Shown here piece by piece: positions 26,839 to 38,653 of a stretch of DNA of 64,000 bases. The stretch spans positions 930,001 through 994,000 of the forward strand of contig OU015570.1 in assembly GCA_907165135.1 (NCBI GenBank), given 5' to 3'. Positions within the stretch are counted from its first letter, which is position 1. Every line of letters begins with the position of its first letter. Below the pieces are notes generated by a model that worked only from the letters and a program-made list of their open reading frames with translations, had not been told where the DNA came from and ran no database searches. Source of the stretch: Oikopleura dioica. Lineage: Eukaryota > Animalia > Chordata. A program made the translations under genes and the position numbers.

Positions 26839-27596
26839 GTCCCGCCCACATCTTCGATAGGACCACTCTTGGCCTTGGAACACTGTGAGTCTTTGATGGA
26901 ACAGCTTCCTCAAGAATATACAGTTGTGTACGAAAGTGAACTTTTCTTGGTCGTCCTAAAACAAAGACTCCAAATCCAGAAAAGATGTTTCGTCAAAACG
27001 CTTCTTCGGAACAAATAAACATTAAGGAGTATTGGGAACGTTGAAACTCTGGAACTTGGTCGGCTTGGCCCGATCAATGTGGCGAATGTAAAACTGAACG
27101 ATGGCAGAACTTTTCCAATGATTCAAAATATTTTTACACTCCCGAGTTATCTTTCGTCAAGGCGCATCTCAATGCAGCCGTGGACCCAACAAATTTACAA
27201 TCTTGGAAGCGAACAGTTGTACGATATCGTAGAAGACTGAAGGAACAAAAACGAACAACATGAATTCAGATAGATGACCCTTTTTGATTTAAGACCCTAT
27301 TCATTTTTTTTTCTCTGTACACTAACCTTTATTCTATTATTACTGTTTGAATGTACTAACCATATACCACTTTCTGAACCTGTGTACATTCCCCCCCCCC
27401 GGAGCCCCGAGTGTAGTAGCTAACCCTCGGGTGTGGCGCTTTTCGGGAGCTGACTCTATTTTTATCACTTGAATTCTGATCAGAGCTCTCTCGGATCAGG
27501 ACCTCAGTCCAACTAACAACCTGTTTCTGAAAACACCATCTCAAAATAAATCAACTTTTATAAAACAACTCTAGAGACTCATCATTTAGCAGACAC

Positions 27597-27903
27597 GGAA
27601 GTATGCAATTAGTCTGGCACGCCTTGTTTTGAAGTCTCAAAAACACGTTCTAGAGATTTTTCGCAAAATTCCTTAGAAATTTCTAATGGCCAGAACTCAA
27701 CTTTATTTCGGGAAAAATAATTTTTTCTTCTGAACTAAGCATCCTTGGGCCTAGGATGCGCTCCGCGCCTGATTTTATAGAGAAATTCATTTGGGAAAGT
27801 GGCCAACTTTCTCTACCTTCGCGCCTCTATTTTCCTTAAAAAATCTCTAGAACATGTTTTTTAGACTTCAAAACAAGGCGTGCCAGACTAATTGCAACCC
27901 TCC
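27597..27903. mobile_element. GG-ended MITE inserted in the 3' LTR of element A
   Basis: 8-bp TSD GCAGACAC (27589-96/27904-11), ~40-bp TIRs. Related to the MITE at 8304. Confidence 0.9.
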
Positions 27904-28966
27904 GCAGACACATCTATTCAGCATGTTACAACAAGCTTTTTCCTCGAATTCGGATCTGAAAACCGGCCAATTTTTGAGTTTTCACTGTACTTCCTCACTC
28001 CAAAAGTTAACTATGATCTTACACCAGTGGAAGACTCGCCAGTACAAGACTCTGGATTGGAAGACTCTTCAACTTCAAGCTCACCGAATGATGTGACTAT
28101 GAAAAATTCATGTATGGTTGCTTCGAATCATAAAATACTCTCGCGCAATACTCAAAGATTGAAAATCAAACATCACAAGGGACAATGAATGGAAATATGG
28201 AGATGAATAGGTATGGAATTGACTCGGCTACCTCTGAAAAACCAGACGCACCGATTCCTTATCATTAACAACCACCATCAGAAAGCTTCATAAATAACGA
28301 TTTACCCAATGACGATGATGTCCTGTCGCTACTCCCGATTTCTCACCCTTACCTTACTCTCGAACCAAATCAAGTGTTCATGGATTGGCTTCTGAGCGTT
28401 GAAAATGATCCCAATCGAGGTTGACCCACACAACTCTTCAACGACCTCGGCCAACAGGATAATCCAACCCAGAACTAATTCTTCAATAAAAGGGGAAAGG
28501 ATAATGTAAATTCTATACTTGATAGGTCGGAAATGCCTTCTAATTCACGAGGTCTTGCCCTGCTTCTCTACTGTAGAATAGCTCTAGATAAACGACACGG
28601 AAAAGTGGTAGTTAGTTTTGTTGTGTATTCAAGGTTGGTAGAATACGGACTGAAGCAGTGCAGAATGGAAAGTGGCGCCTCGATCCTTATCAGATCTAAC
28701 GGCTAACTTCTCGACCTAACAGCCCTCTAAATCTTCTAGCGTAGTGACGGTGGTTGATTTCTCAGGAAAGAAGTAGAGTTGAGATGATAGATCAAAAGCA
28801 GTCGAGTTGAAAAAGGAGAGTCGCGCAGCAGTCCAGAAGGGAAAACGACGCGGCAGAAGGGAAAGCAGCAGCGGCGGTCCAATAGCAGAGCAGTCCAGTG
28901 GGTGAGAACTTTTACCCAGAAAGTCGAGCGAAGAATCCGATGAGTCAATCATCGCGCGTCGGCCAA

Positions 28967-31900
28967 TCAGCGATCAGCAGCGTAAGTTTTCTTCTTCGGA
29001 TCGAGAGACAACTTTTCTGGCTTCTTTTTCTGTCTCTTGCTTTTCCTCATTTGACGCAATTCTAATTTAGAGAAGAGGTCAACGAGTCGAGGATCGGGCG
29101 AAACTGTCGTCGAAGCTGGAGCTAGAGAACTTGACGAAGAATCGATCGCCGGAAGAGCAGGTAGAGAAGTCGAAGCTGCAGAACTTGGGTTTGATGAAGA
29201 AGTTGTCGATGGTGGTTGAGTTCTTCGTAGTTTTGAGGTAAGTCCAAGAGATTTCCGCGAACTTCCAGAAGTTAAATTTTCCTTAGCCGGCCTCCCAACT
29301 TTTGGAAGCGCGTCAGGAGCTACAGGATAACTTCCAGATGCATTCTCCGGTCGATTTTCTGGCGAGATGAGCGGATCAGCTGAAGTTTCAAGAAGATCGA
29401 GCTCGCGCATCAGCTCAGAATTTCGAAGATGCACAAATCGCTCAGGTACGTAGCGTAGATGTGCCCTGTGTACCCAGTCAACACTATTTTTGTCGTTGTT
29501 ACACCTGATTTTTACGACCTTTTCAGATGCAGTGATGACTGTGAACGGGCCAATCCAGTCGTAACCGTTGGTCTTTGCGGCTTTGGAGACAGGTCGGTAC
29601 AGAGTCACCTGGTCTCCTTTGCGAAGTGGGCGCGCGCGATGAGCCTTGTCCAGCTTCTTCTCCATTTCAAGATCAGCGCTCTTGTTGGCGATCTTGGCGA
29701 CATCGTTGAGAAATTCCAAGCGCTCACGGACGATGGAGCCGTACTTGGAAGGCGAATCGGCGCTGACATCTCTGTCGTGGATGGTGGCCTGAATTGTAAG
29801 ACGTGATCGGCGACCAGTTACCAGCGTGTGTGGAGCCTGACCAGTGCTGCTGTTCTTGTGGCTGTTCATAAATGCCACGGCGTATGGAGCAGCGTCAATC
29901 CAGTTCATGTGCCGCTCGTGCTCGAGCATGAAAATCATCGACTTGAAAGTGCGGTGCTGTCGTTCGAGATTTCCTGTACCTTGGGGTCGAAAAGCGGTAT
30001 GCTTCTCCGCCACGATTCCTAGCTGCTTGTAAAGTTCTCCCATGGTCGCAGAAATGAATGCAGTTCCACGATCAGAAGATACGATACTGGGAATAACGTG
30101 ATGTCGAAGCACTACTTCTTCTACTATCGTCCTGGCAGCGTCGATTGCCCTCTCGCCCGGAACAGGCTTGGCAATGAAGAACTTGGTGAAGCTGTCAAGG
30201 ATCGTGCAGCAGAATTTCTTGCCATTGACCTTGTCGAAGACGGTGAAATCGATAAAGATCACCTGAAATGGCCGCTCGCCGCGTCTGCAGTGACCAATAT
30301 TCGGCGACGACGGATGACCTTGATTTCCCTTTTTCTTGGCACAAATCAAGCATGATGCGACGTAGTTGCGAATGTCCTCTTCCATCGCTGGCCACCAGTA
30401 TGATTGCAGCGAATCGGCAACCCGACTACCTGGATGAGCACAATCGTCATGAGAATTTCAAAGAAGACGGATCGCGTGCTCTGGCGATAGAACTTGGCGA
30501 TATTTGCCGTCTTTGACGTGAAGAAGAAGATCAGTTCGTTTGCAGATCCGGAAGTAGGGCCAATTCACTCGGAACACATCGTAATTGTGGTCATTCCGGT
30601 CGAGTCGAATTGAGGTTGGATCTTTCTGGAACTTGCCAAGAGCTGAAATAAGGGGCCCGATGCTTGAATCTGCGCGCTGATCGGACGCGAGTTGGAGATA
30701 GCCCTTTGCTGCATCGGTGAGGATGAATTCGTCCTTGCTGGCGATCAAAGCTCTGGTGATCCCTTCACGAAGGAGGTTTTTCGATGTACCTACTGGCGCT
30801 GGCACCTGATCCTTCATAGACCAAGATGGAATGTAGGCACGTAGACCATTCTCGAAGTCTACAAATTTTCCGGCTGGAGTGTGAATGTCCGAATGCACAG
30901 GCTTCTTGATGCCAAATGGACGACTGTACATATCTGCCCAAACATTCTGCTCGCCGGGGATGTATTCAACACAAAAGCGGTAGCTGGAGAGCTCGTCCAT
31001 CCAACGGCTCAGCTTGGCGTTTTTGTGGTCGACGCTGTCGATATACTGCAAGGCGGCGTGATCACATTTGACCACGAAAGGCCGGCCACGGAGGAAATAG
31101 TCGAATCGCCGAACGCCAAAAAGGATCCCGTAGGCCTCCCTCTCAGTCGTGCTCCAACGGGTTTCTACTGCAGTGAGGGTCCTGGAAGCAACACCGACGA
31201 TCTTGTCCTTTCCATCTACGAGCTGCATCAGCACAGCTCCAACTGCAACTTCCGAAGCGTCAGTGACGAGTAGAAAATCGCGAGTTGGGTCAGGATATGA
31301 GATCATGGGACTGGACTTGAGCCGTTTCTTCACTCGCTCAAATGCAGCTTGGGCTTCAGGCGGCCAGTAGAAATCGCCGTCACGATTCAGCTTGTTCAAC
31401 TCGTGGACTAGCTGGCTGAAACAACTAGTGTCGATTCGCTCATACAAGCGCGTCTCCAGAAATTCGCGGATGAACGTCAATCGACCGAGCAGTGTACGCA
31501 GTTCTGATCTTGATGTTGGTGGTGCAAGGAGTCGACTCCTGAGGCGTGATCTGGATCGACGCTCATTCCTTCTGGGCTCAAGACACGCCCGAGAAACTTG
31601 CAGGATTTCGCCAGGAAATTGCACTTGCCGGGATGAAGTCGAAGTCCGAACTGCCTCGATGCTTCAAACAGGCTTCGAAGTCGCTGTACATACGCGCCAA
31701 AGGTAGGAGTCGCTATGAGAACATCATCTATGTAAACATAGATGCCGTCGCGGTTGGTGATGGTCTCCAGAGCTTCTCCGACACATCTGCTGAAGATTTG
31801 ACCTGCACAAGACAGGCCAAATGGCAATCGCGTATATTGCCAGGTCTTCCCTCTCCAGGTAAAAGCCGTCTTGTGCCTGTCGCGCTTGTCGATCGGGATC

Positions 31901-34272
31901 TGCCAGTAGCCTGAGCGGTAATCCACGGACGCCATGTACATCATCCCTGGGCGGACTTCGTTGAAGATTTCGCGCAGGTTTGGCATCGTGTACGGGTCAG
32001 GATCCTTCAACACCAAATTTAAGGTGTTCTTAAAGTTGGCGACAACTCTGGGGCTTCCATCCTTCTTTTCCACGCAGTGGAGTGGTGTATTGAAGCCTTG
32101 TGGATTCTTGCATGGCTCGATGGCGGTGATACGTTCCATTCGATCGACTTCAGCATCGACCGCTTGTTGGTTCTTGTACTGGATCTGGTGTTGCTTGCGG
32201 CAGGCGGACTTTCCAGTTGTCGGGATGCGTACCGGCTTGCAAAACTCGCCGAGGGGCTCGTTATCACCACCAAAGACGTCATCGAACTCAACCATCAGCA
32301 GCGCGGTGGTTCGAAGTTCTTCAGCATTTTGGTGATCCCTGGGGAGCTTCAGATTCTTTTTCGTCTCAAGCCAATCAAGAAGTTCAGTTGTGCTCGCGTT
32401 TTTATCAGGTTTGTCACGACTTGACGGTTGTACAGTACTTACAGTACTATTTCTAGGGCTGGAACTCGTCTGCTCGACTGATGGGCTGCTTTTGGCATCA
32501 CCAGCGGAGTTGTGAGCACCGGAGCTCATTACCTCAATCATGTGCCGAGCTGGTCGACTGCTGAGGTGAGCTTTTGTAGTTTCTTGCGCCACATTCCAAG
32601 GGTCGCTGTGGTAACCGTTGATCTTGAACTTTTCAGTGAAGATCGGGTCACCAGGGGCAAGGCGGCGTTGGACGATGATTTCTGTACCCGTCCGTCCAAA
32701 AGAGACATTTGAGGGATGATCGATCACAGTGCGTCCGATGAGAGCAGGAGTGGCTTCATGGTCTGTGACGATGACCCTGATGTTCTTGAAGATAGCGCCG
32801 TCGATGTCCACTGCAGAGACGAACTGCCCTAAAGCCTGTCTGGCTCCGTTCACTCCGTTGATGGTGTAGTCGCAGTCATCCAAGTTATCCAGAAGATCAG
32901 CCGGGATGAGCCGCTTCGGAATCAGAAGGTCGTCTGATCCGTTGTCGATGATACCATCTTTGACCGCAAAAGTTGACCCACCGAGCGTGAGCTTGAAGTT
33001 TACGAACCAAGGAAGTGATGGGCGGTGGAAGCTGGAGTGTGCGCAAAGCCGAAAATGGTTGGACTGGGGAGCAAGAGATGCTGGAGCTTCATCAGTTTCG
33101 GCTGCTCGAGCATTGGTGGTCTTGTTCTTTCGTCCATGCTTCTTTTTGTTCTTGGAATCAGCGTCGTCGGATTTCGGAGCTGGATTCTTGCCTTGGAGAT
33201 TGGAGAGACGATCACAAATGGACTGTAAGGTGGACTCGAGCGACGGCTTTTTCTTCTCGGCTTGACCTTCTTTGGAACTTTTCTTGTTCCAAGTGCCGTT
33301 TTTGACACCGAAGGCGGCTGCGTCTTCGCTGGTCATATTGGAAGGAAGGCGGTCGATCAGGAGTTTCGCCTTGTTGTAGACATCTTGTGCCGTTCTACAA
33401 TCGTCGATTTGGTCGCAGAGCTTGAGTGCGATAGCAGGAAACAACTCGGAGATCTTCAGGTAAGCCAGACATGCAGCAGTCAAGTCTGAAAACTCGTGCG
33501 CCTTCACAGCACATTTACAGACGTAGTTTTCAGGTCGCTTCAAGCCAGCTTCTGTCTTAACAGCGCTGTCGGTACTCGTGGTGTAGTCGGCTGTGGCTTC
33601 ATCGATGATGGTTACATCATGCTTGGCAACTCGAAGCTTCAATAGCTCAACCTGGCGGAAAGCTTGTCGCTGTGCCTCGGTAAGTTCGCTGATGTAAGCC
33701 TGAAGGCCCTTGCTTTTAGTGTACTTGACATCATGAGTACGTTTCAGGTGCTGGAAGATACTGCGCTTCGAAGAGAACATCGATTCCATGGCCTCCACAA
33801 GCTGCTCGACGGTGGTCAGCGGAAGATTCTGTCGACTGAAGGACTGGCGGACTTCGTTGGAGAAGTACTTTCGCGCAGTTCTAGCGAGGAGAGCTTCAGC
33901 TTCCGGCTGCTGAGTCTTGGAGAGATGGTCCACGAAATCGGCCTTGGCTTGGCGGATCTTACGAATCCAGACCTCAACCTCATCGGCGTCGGAGAGATCC
34001 GTTTCCTTCTCAAGCTCGAAGGCCTGTCGTATTTCGACAAGATGACTGGGAGTGATGCTGGGTGTGGTCGACTTCACGGGCGCTTTGCCAAGTTGGGCAA
34101 CCATGAGCTTCTGCTGGGACGCGGCTAGCTGAACATTGTCCTTCTGTTCAGAGACGTTCAGGTTAGTCACCACGAAATCCATTAGAGTGGTACTCCATTT
34201 TTGTAGGTTGGCGCGGCTTGCCGTTTCGATGTCGTCGGCGGGCATGTGCAAAAGATGCGTCGGCGGCGCCAT
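28967..34272 (-). pseudogene. Gag-Pol polyprotein of element B, with two frameshifts (~31520, ~30430-30460)
   Basis: ATG at 34272. Protease IIDNGS, RT YIDD, RNase H TDASE..EREA..CDH, integrase HHCC, SDRG, GNLER and WIGPF. Confidence 0.9.
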
Positions 34273-34446
34273 CTTCACGGGTGAAGTTGCGGTTTCCAAG
34301 AACTGTGAGTTCGGTTGGGCGGGAGAGCGTTGCGATCGCGCGGAGGAGATTGCTCGAACGGCTTCGATCGAATGGCGGCGGCTGTAACGGACAATCGTCG
34401 ATTTGGCGCTGAAAGTTCAAACCGAGTCGACTGTAAGTTGGCGGTT

Positions 34447-34712
34447 GTACCTGCGTTGACCCCAGATTTAAGTTTCTGGAATTAACTTAAATCCTGTCTA
34501 GGGGTGTTTGATGAGCAATGCAGGTCAACGATCCAGAGAGCGTCACAAGTCGTCGAATTCAAGAGCTGGGCCGATGAAGATGCAAGCTGCGTGCTTAACT
34601 TTGGCGGCAGAATCGGAGAGAGAACGAAGTGTACCTGCGGTGACCCCGAGTTATAAGCTTGGTGAGCTATATAACTGCTTTTAGGGGTTTTTGATGAGCA
34701 AATTCAGGTCAC
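34447..34712 (-). ncRNA. two copies (34447-34528, 34631-34712) of a structured RNA motif in the leader of element B
   Basis: Conserved ACCUG/CAGGU and ACCCC/GGGGU stems and a conserved GCUCAUCAAA linker. The inner hairpin differs in sequence but pairs in both copies. Confidence 0.6.
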
Positions 34713-36222
34713 TTGCAGCTGAAGTTCAACGATCTGCGGCGGCGGAAGAAGCACCAGAAGATTCGGCGGTCCAAGAAGTCAAGAATTCTCCCTAGGTCGC
34801 GTGTGGTCGAGTGGTTTGCCAGGCGATGAGGTCGTGTTACTTATCTGGAAGATGAGTAGTTCGTAGTTGTAGTTGTAGAAGCAAATTGAGCGCTCGCACG
34901 TCACCAGTTGATAGGTCGGAAATGTCTTCTAATTCACGAGGTCTTGCCCTGCTTCTCTACTGTAGAATAGCTCTAGATAAACGACACGGAAAAGTGGTAG
35001 TTAGTTTTGTTGTGTATTCAAGGTTGGTAGAATACGGACTGAAGCAGTGCAGAATGGAAAGTGGCGCCTCGATCCTTATCAGATCTAACGGCTAACTTCT
35101 CGACCTAACAATACTCTTTCAAAATTACTACTCACTGCGACTGCTGGAAGGACTCACCCCACTTTTGATCTGAAAAAGATCGTAAGGCGCCAAAGAGCCC
35201 ACATCACACCCTCTAAAACTGCGCGCCGCAAGGCATTTACCACAACTCTATTATACCCTGTCGTCAAACACAAGCTCTAAAAAAATTTATCTCTTTTTTC
35301 CATGAGATACATACCGTGTCATTATTTGTTCGCATACTCAGAGATAGAGAGAATAAAACCCCTATGAGAATGAAAATAAAATCGTTTAAAAAAATCAGGA
35401 ACCGCTTCCCTTCTTTGAGCGTACTTAAGGTTCCATAAAATGCGAAAAAAATTTTTCGCTCGTCTACTTAACTCGCTCAGCCAAATTTGAACCCTGAGCT
35501 CATGTCATGTACGACAGAGAGTTTAAAAACTGATAGACAAAAGAGAGTTTTTCTGTGCCAAAAAGCCTTTTTAAAAAAAGTAAGTATTCTAACTTCCAAA
35601 TTCTATTGTAAAATTTAGTACCTAAGATTGTCGCTGAAGTCTTCATTCCAAAAAAGTCCGGAGCGGAGCGGAAATCGCTCCGCTCACTCCGCTCGCTCCG
35701 CTCCGCGAAATTTTCAACCCTGGCTGAAGACCAAAAGCTTAATTATCAACAAACTTCAAAAATGAATTATTGAAAAGAATAAAATTCGCCGTCACCCACA
35801 TTGTCCTTCTCTTATCAGCATTTTTATGCGCAGTTTCTGCCATTAAACACCTCAATTTTGGCTTGTATTGCATATCAAGAAAATCAAGCTCTTCTAATCG
35901 TTGTTTATGTGTTCGCTGCCTCTGAAGAAATCCTCTGCATAATGCTTGAATTTTAACTGCTGCTTCATCTTTAGAATCTTTAGGGGTAATAATATTCCAT
36001 GATTATAAAAGTCATATGAATCATATTAATATCAAAATTAATGTATTAATTTATTAAAAAACCAAACAATTGCCCACCAAAAAATCGGCCGTTTTTGAGT
36101 AAACCCGACTTTTTTGGAAACTTTAATAAACCCGAAATTGGCCGCTATTTCAAAAATGAAAAAATTTTTCAGCAGAATTTGACCCAAATAATGCTACTTC
36201 TTATCATTTTTTGATTTTCAAC

Positions 36223-37401
36223 CAGGGGTCTGGATTCGCTTTGCGAATTCGCTCATGAGCGAAGCGAATCGAATTCGCTTCGCTTCGCTTTCGCCTTGCG
36301 TTATTTCAATTCGCTTCGCTTCGCTTTCGCTTTTTACCAAAAATGTTCGCGAAAATTTCGCTCAAAAGAAACCTTTCCAAGAATTGAAAATTTATCCTTT
36401 TTTTACTTAGCTTTAGCTTAAACTCAAGTGGAAATTTTGATGAATGAGCTAAATTGGCACTTGTTAAAGCTGACCTGAGAGAAGTTTTACTGTTTTCAAA
36501 GTAGCCAATTTTGTGAGCTGCGCTGAGCTGAGCTGTCCTTCACAAAAAATCATTGAGCTGAGCTGACTCTTCAAATTCATTCAGTTAATTTGAGCTAGGC
36601 AGTCAATATTATAAAATCATTTTCAATCCCGGCTTCAAAAATTTCGATCCTTGCTTTTCAGACGTCGATCCTGGTTGTCATATAAATCATCATATCAACT
36701 TTGGCATCTCCAGCATCAATCCCGGCTTCTTTAACACCGATCCGGGCGTCACTATTTTCAATCCTAGCCTCTCAGACGTCAATTCCGGCTTCTCACTTGT
36801 CGATCATGGCTTTTTCAAGTTTAGATTGACAATGTCAATTTGACATTGGAGAAGCCGGGATTGACATTGGAAAAGTTGTAATTTACGTCGATAAACCCGG
36901 GATTGAGATTGGAAAGGCCATGAATGGCCAATGATTGAAGTCGGAAAAAACAGAATTGAAGATGTTAAAACAGACTTGACGATGAATAAGCCATCATTGA
37001 TAAAATATCGATGATGTTGAAGAATACATGATTGAAGTATGTGAAGCCAGGATTGGCATTGATGAAGCCAGGATTGACGTTGGAGAAGCCAAACAATGTT
37101 TAATTATCAATCTATATAATTTTTTTCACGTCGCCGTTTGCCCAAGATCTCTGTTTCCCAAAGTAAGGTAAACGACAATTTTGGGAGACGGCGATTTGGG
37201 TAAACGGCGACGCAGACAAACTGAGACCATCGTCCGAATGTCCGAAAAGCTAATTAAAATGCAATCATACATGAAATGGGCACTTTTTCAAAGGTTATAT
37301 ATTCCCGGAAAATTTTCGCTTTTTTTCGCTTAAAATTTTTGAAAAATTTTCGCTTTCGCTTCGCTTTCGCTTTTCATTTTTGGCCAAAATCCAGACCCCT
37401 G
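36223..37401. mobile_element. non-autonomous hAT element with TTCGCT subterminal repeats (a matching end also at ~3700-3853)
   Basis: TIR CAGGGGTCTGGATT; flanking TTTCAAC duplication. Confidence 0.75.
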
Positions 37402-37631
37402 TTTCAACAATTTCTAAATCATTTTAAATGACGTAACCCTATCTCGAGCGCGAGCGCATCTTCATGCGATCGTGGTCTAGGAGATTTTTTCCAAATGCAA
37501 AATAGAGGCAATTTCACTCGAAATGGCTTATTTTCTGGCTAAAGCCACGTCTCCGAGACCTAGAAAACACCAACATGCGCGTCTGAAGCAAGAATAATCC
37601 ATTGTGATTGGTTAGATTTACGAAAAAATCT

Positions 37632-37792
37632 TCTACCATCAGGGATCCCCCCCAGTGCGCTGACTCATCCGCTGTGCCATCAGCGCGCTTTCTTTAGGCC
37701 GCATCATAGACAAAAGGGACGATGGGCGCTGTACGCTCGACGAATCAGAGCGCTGTATTCTCCGGCGCATTGGGGGGATCCCTGATGGTAGA
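37632..37792. repeat. small foldback MITE
   Basis: TCTACCATCAGGGATCCCCCC ... GGGGGGATCCCTGATGGTAGA. Confidence 0.7.
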
Positions 37793-38038
37793 CCACATTT
37801 TTAGAAAAAAATGTCTGCAAACAATTGAAAATTTGAATTTAAAATTATCAAATATTTAAAATCATCATAGACCCTTATCTAGGGATCGAACGCAAATCAC
37901 CACCGGGGCACCCAAAAAATTTTTTTCTGGACTTATGAATGAAAAAATAGGTTTTGAGATGCAGGCTTTTCAAATATGAAATTCAAATTTTTATTGGTTT
38001 CGTAATTTTTGTGTTATCACGATTTGAAAATTGAAGAA

Positions 38039-38594
38039 GGAGCACACTCAAATGCGCGGCGCACTCATTTGCGCGAGCGCTCAAATGCGGGAGACGCTCA
38101 TTTGCACGGACACGAGCGAAAGAGTGTCCCCGCGAATGAGCGTTTGATTTAATTGGTCGAAAATAAGCGCAAGAATATTTCTCCGAAAATACAAACTTAA
38201 AAGTGTTCATCAGCGTATTTCTCACTCTAATTGCTGCATTTTCCAAATATAAGATAAAATGACACATTGTATGATCATCTTAAAAATTCTGGATAATTAT
38301 TGCATAACACTTGATGACTAATTGAAAGAGAAATAATCTTCATTTTCATTTCTTCCCGGTGATTAGTCTTTTCGGAAATTGTTCCGATTTTTATTTGATA
38401 AAAATCTAAGAACTGACACCACTGAGTCGTGGTTTTTGTTCTGCTTTTAAATCCTCAGTATATTTTTCATCGTCGACCAATTAAATTAATCGCTCATTCT
38501 CGGGGGACACTCTTTCGCTCGTGTCCGTGCAAATGAGCGTCCCCGCGTTTGAGCGCTCTCGCAAATGAGTGCGCCGCGCATTTGAGTGTGCTCC
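38039..38594. mobile_element. MITE with ~110-bp TIRs and 9-bp TSD (Mutator- or Merlin-like)
   Basis: TSD ATTGAAGAA (38030-38/38595-603); TIR GGAGCACACTCAAATGCGCGGCGC. Confidence 0.8.
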
Positions 38595-38653
38595 ATTGAA
38601 GAAAGAAGAAAAAAAGAGCCAATTAGAAACGCGCAGTGAGGCGAAGCGATACC

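Larger units (their letters stand above)
16731..27933 (+). mobile_element. LTR retrotransposon A (Ty3/gypsy, Tor-like, env-bearing)
   Basis: LTRs TGTAGTAG..TTACAACA at 16731-16937 and 27412-27933 (3 differences plus a MITE insertion). TSD AGCT at 16727-30 and 27934-37. Domain order PR-RT-RH-IN. Confidence 0.95.
16385..27987. mobile_element. pogo-type MITE split by LTR element A
   Basis: TIR CAGTTAAAACTCAAAATTTGCC / GGCCAATTTTTGAGTTTTCACTG, TA flanks at 16383-84 and 27988-89. Confidence 0.8.
15984..28504 (+). pseudogene. relic of an ORF3-like gene of an older LTR element (pieces ~15984-16384 and 27990-28480), followed by a PPT and a 3' LTR start at 28505
   Basis: YNL..RIF and NFDKFFECKRLFWKYLK resemble YEL..RIF and SFEKQFYGRRHLWADMK in 58597-59505. 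The frame EVLEY|FLTPKV is restored by removing the MITE. PPT AAAAGGGGAAAGGATA resembles that of element C. Confidence 0.55.
28520..35110 (-). mobile_element. LTR retrotransposon B (Ty3/gypsy, no env)
   Basis: 202-bp LTRs at 28520-28721 and 34909-35110 (1 difference). 5-bp TSD ATACT. PBS TGGTGACGTGCG next to the 5' LTR, purine-rich tract before the 3' LTR. Confidence 0.95.

Noticed and set aside
17001-27240. Alternative genetic code or programmed readthrough to explain ~8 in-frame stops in element A
   Set aside because: The stops fall inside domains in varied contexts, and neighbouring element C reads normally. Nonsense decay is simpler.
32930-32950. Protease DNG instead of DTG/DSG as an inactivating change
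   Set aside because: DNG variants occur in other gypsy proteases; not evidence of novelty or loss.
29459-34420. Numerous antisense and alternate-frame ORFs over element B
   Set aside because: Shadow ORFs of a GC-richer coding region with no motifs.
34505-34520. Hammerhead ribozyme core (TGATGAG)
   Set aside because: No CUGAUGA/GAAA pair with a three-stem junction, and the motif is antisense to the element.
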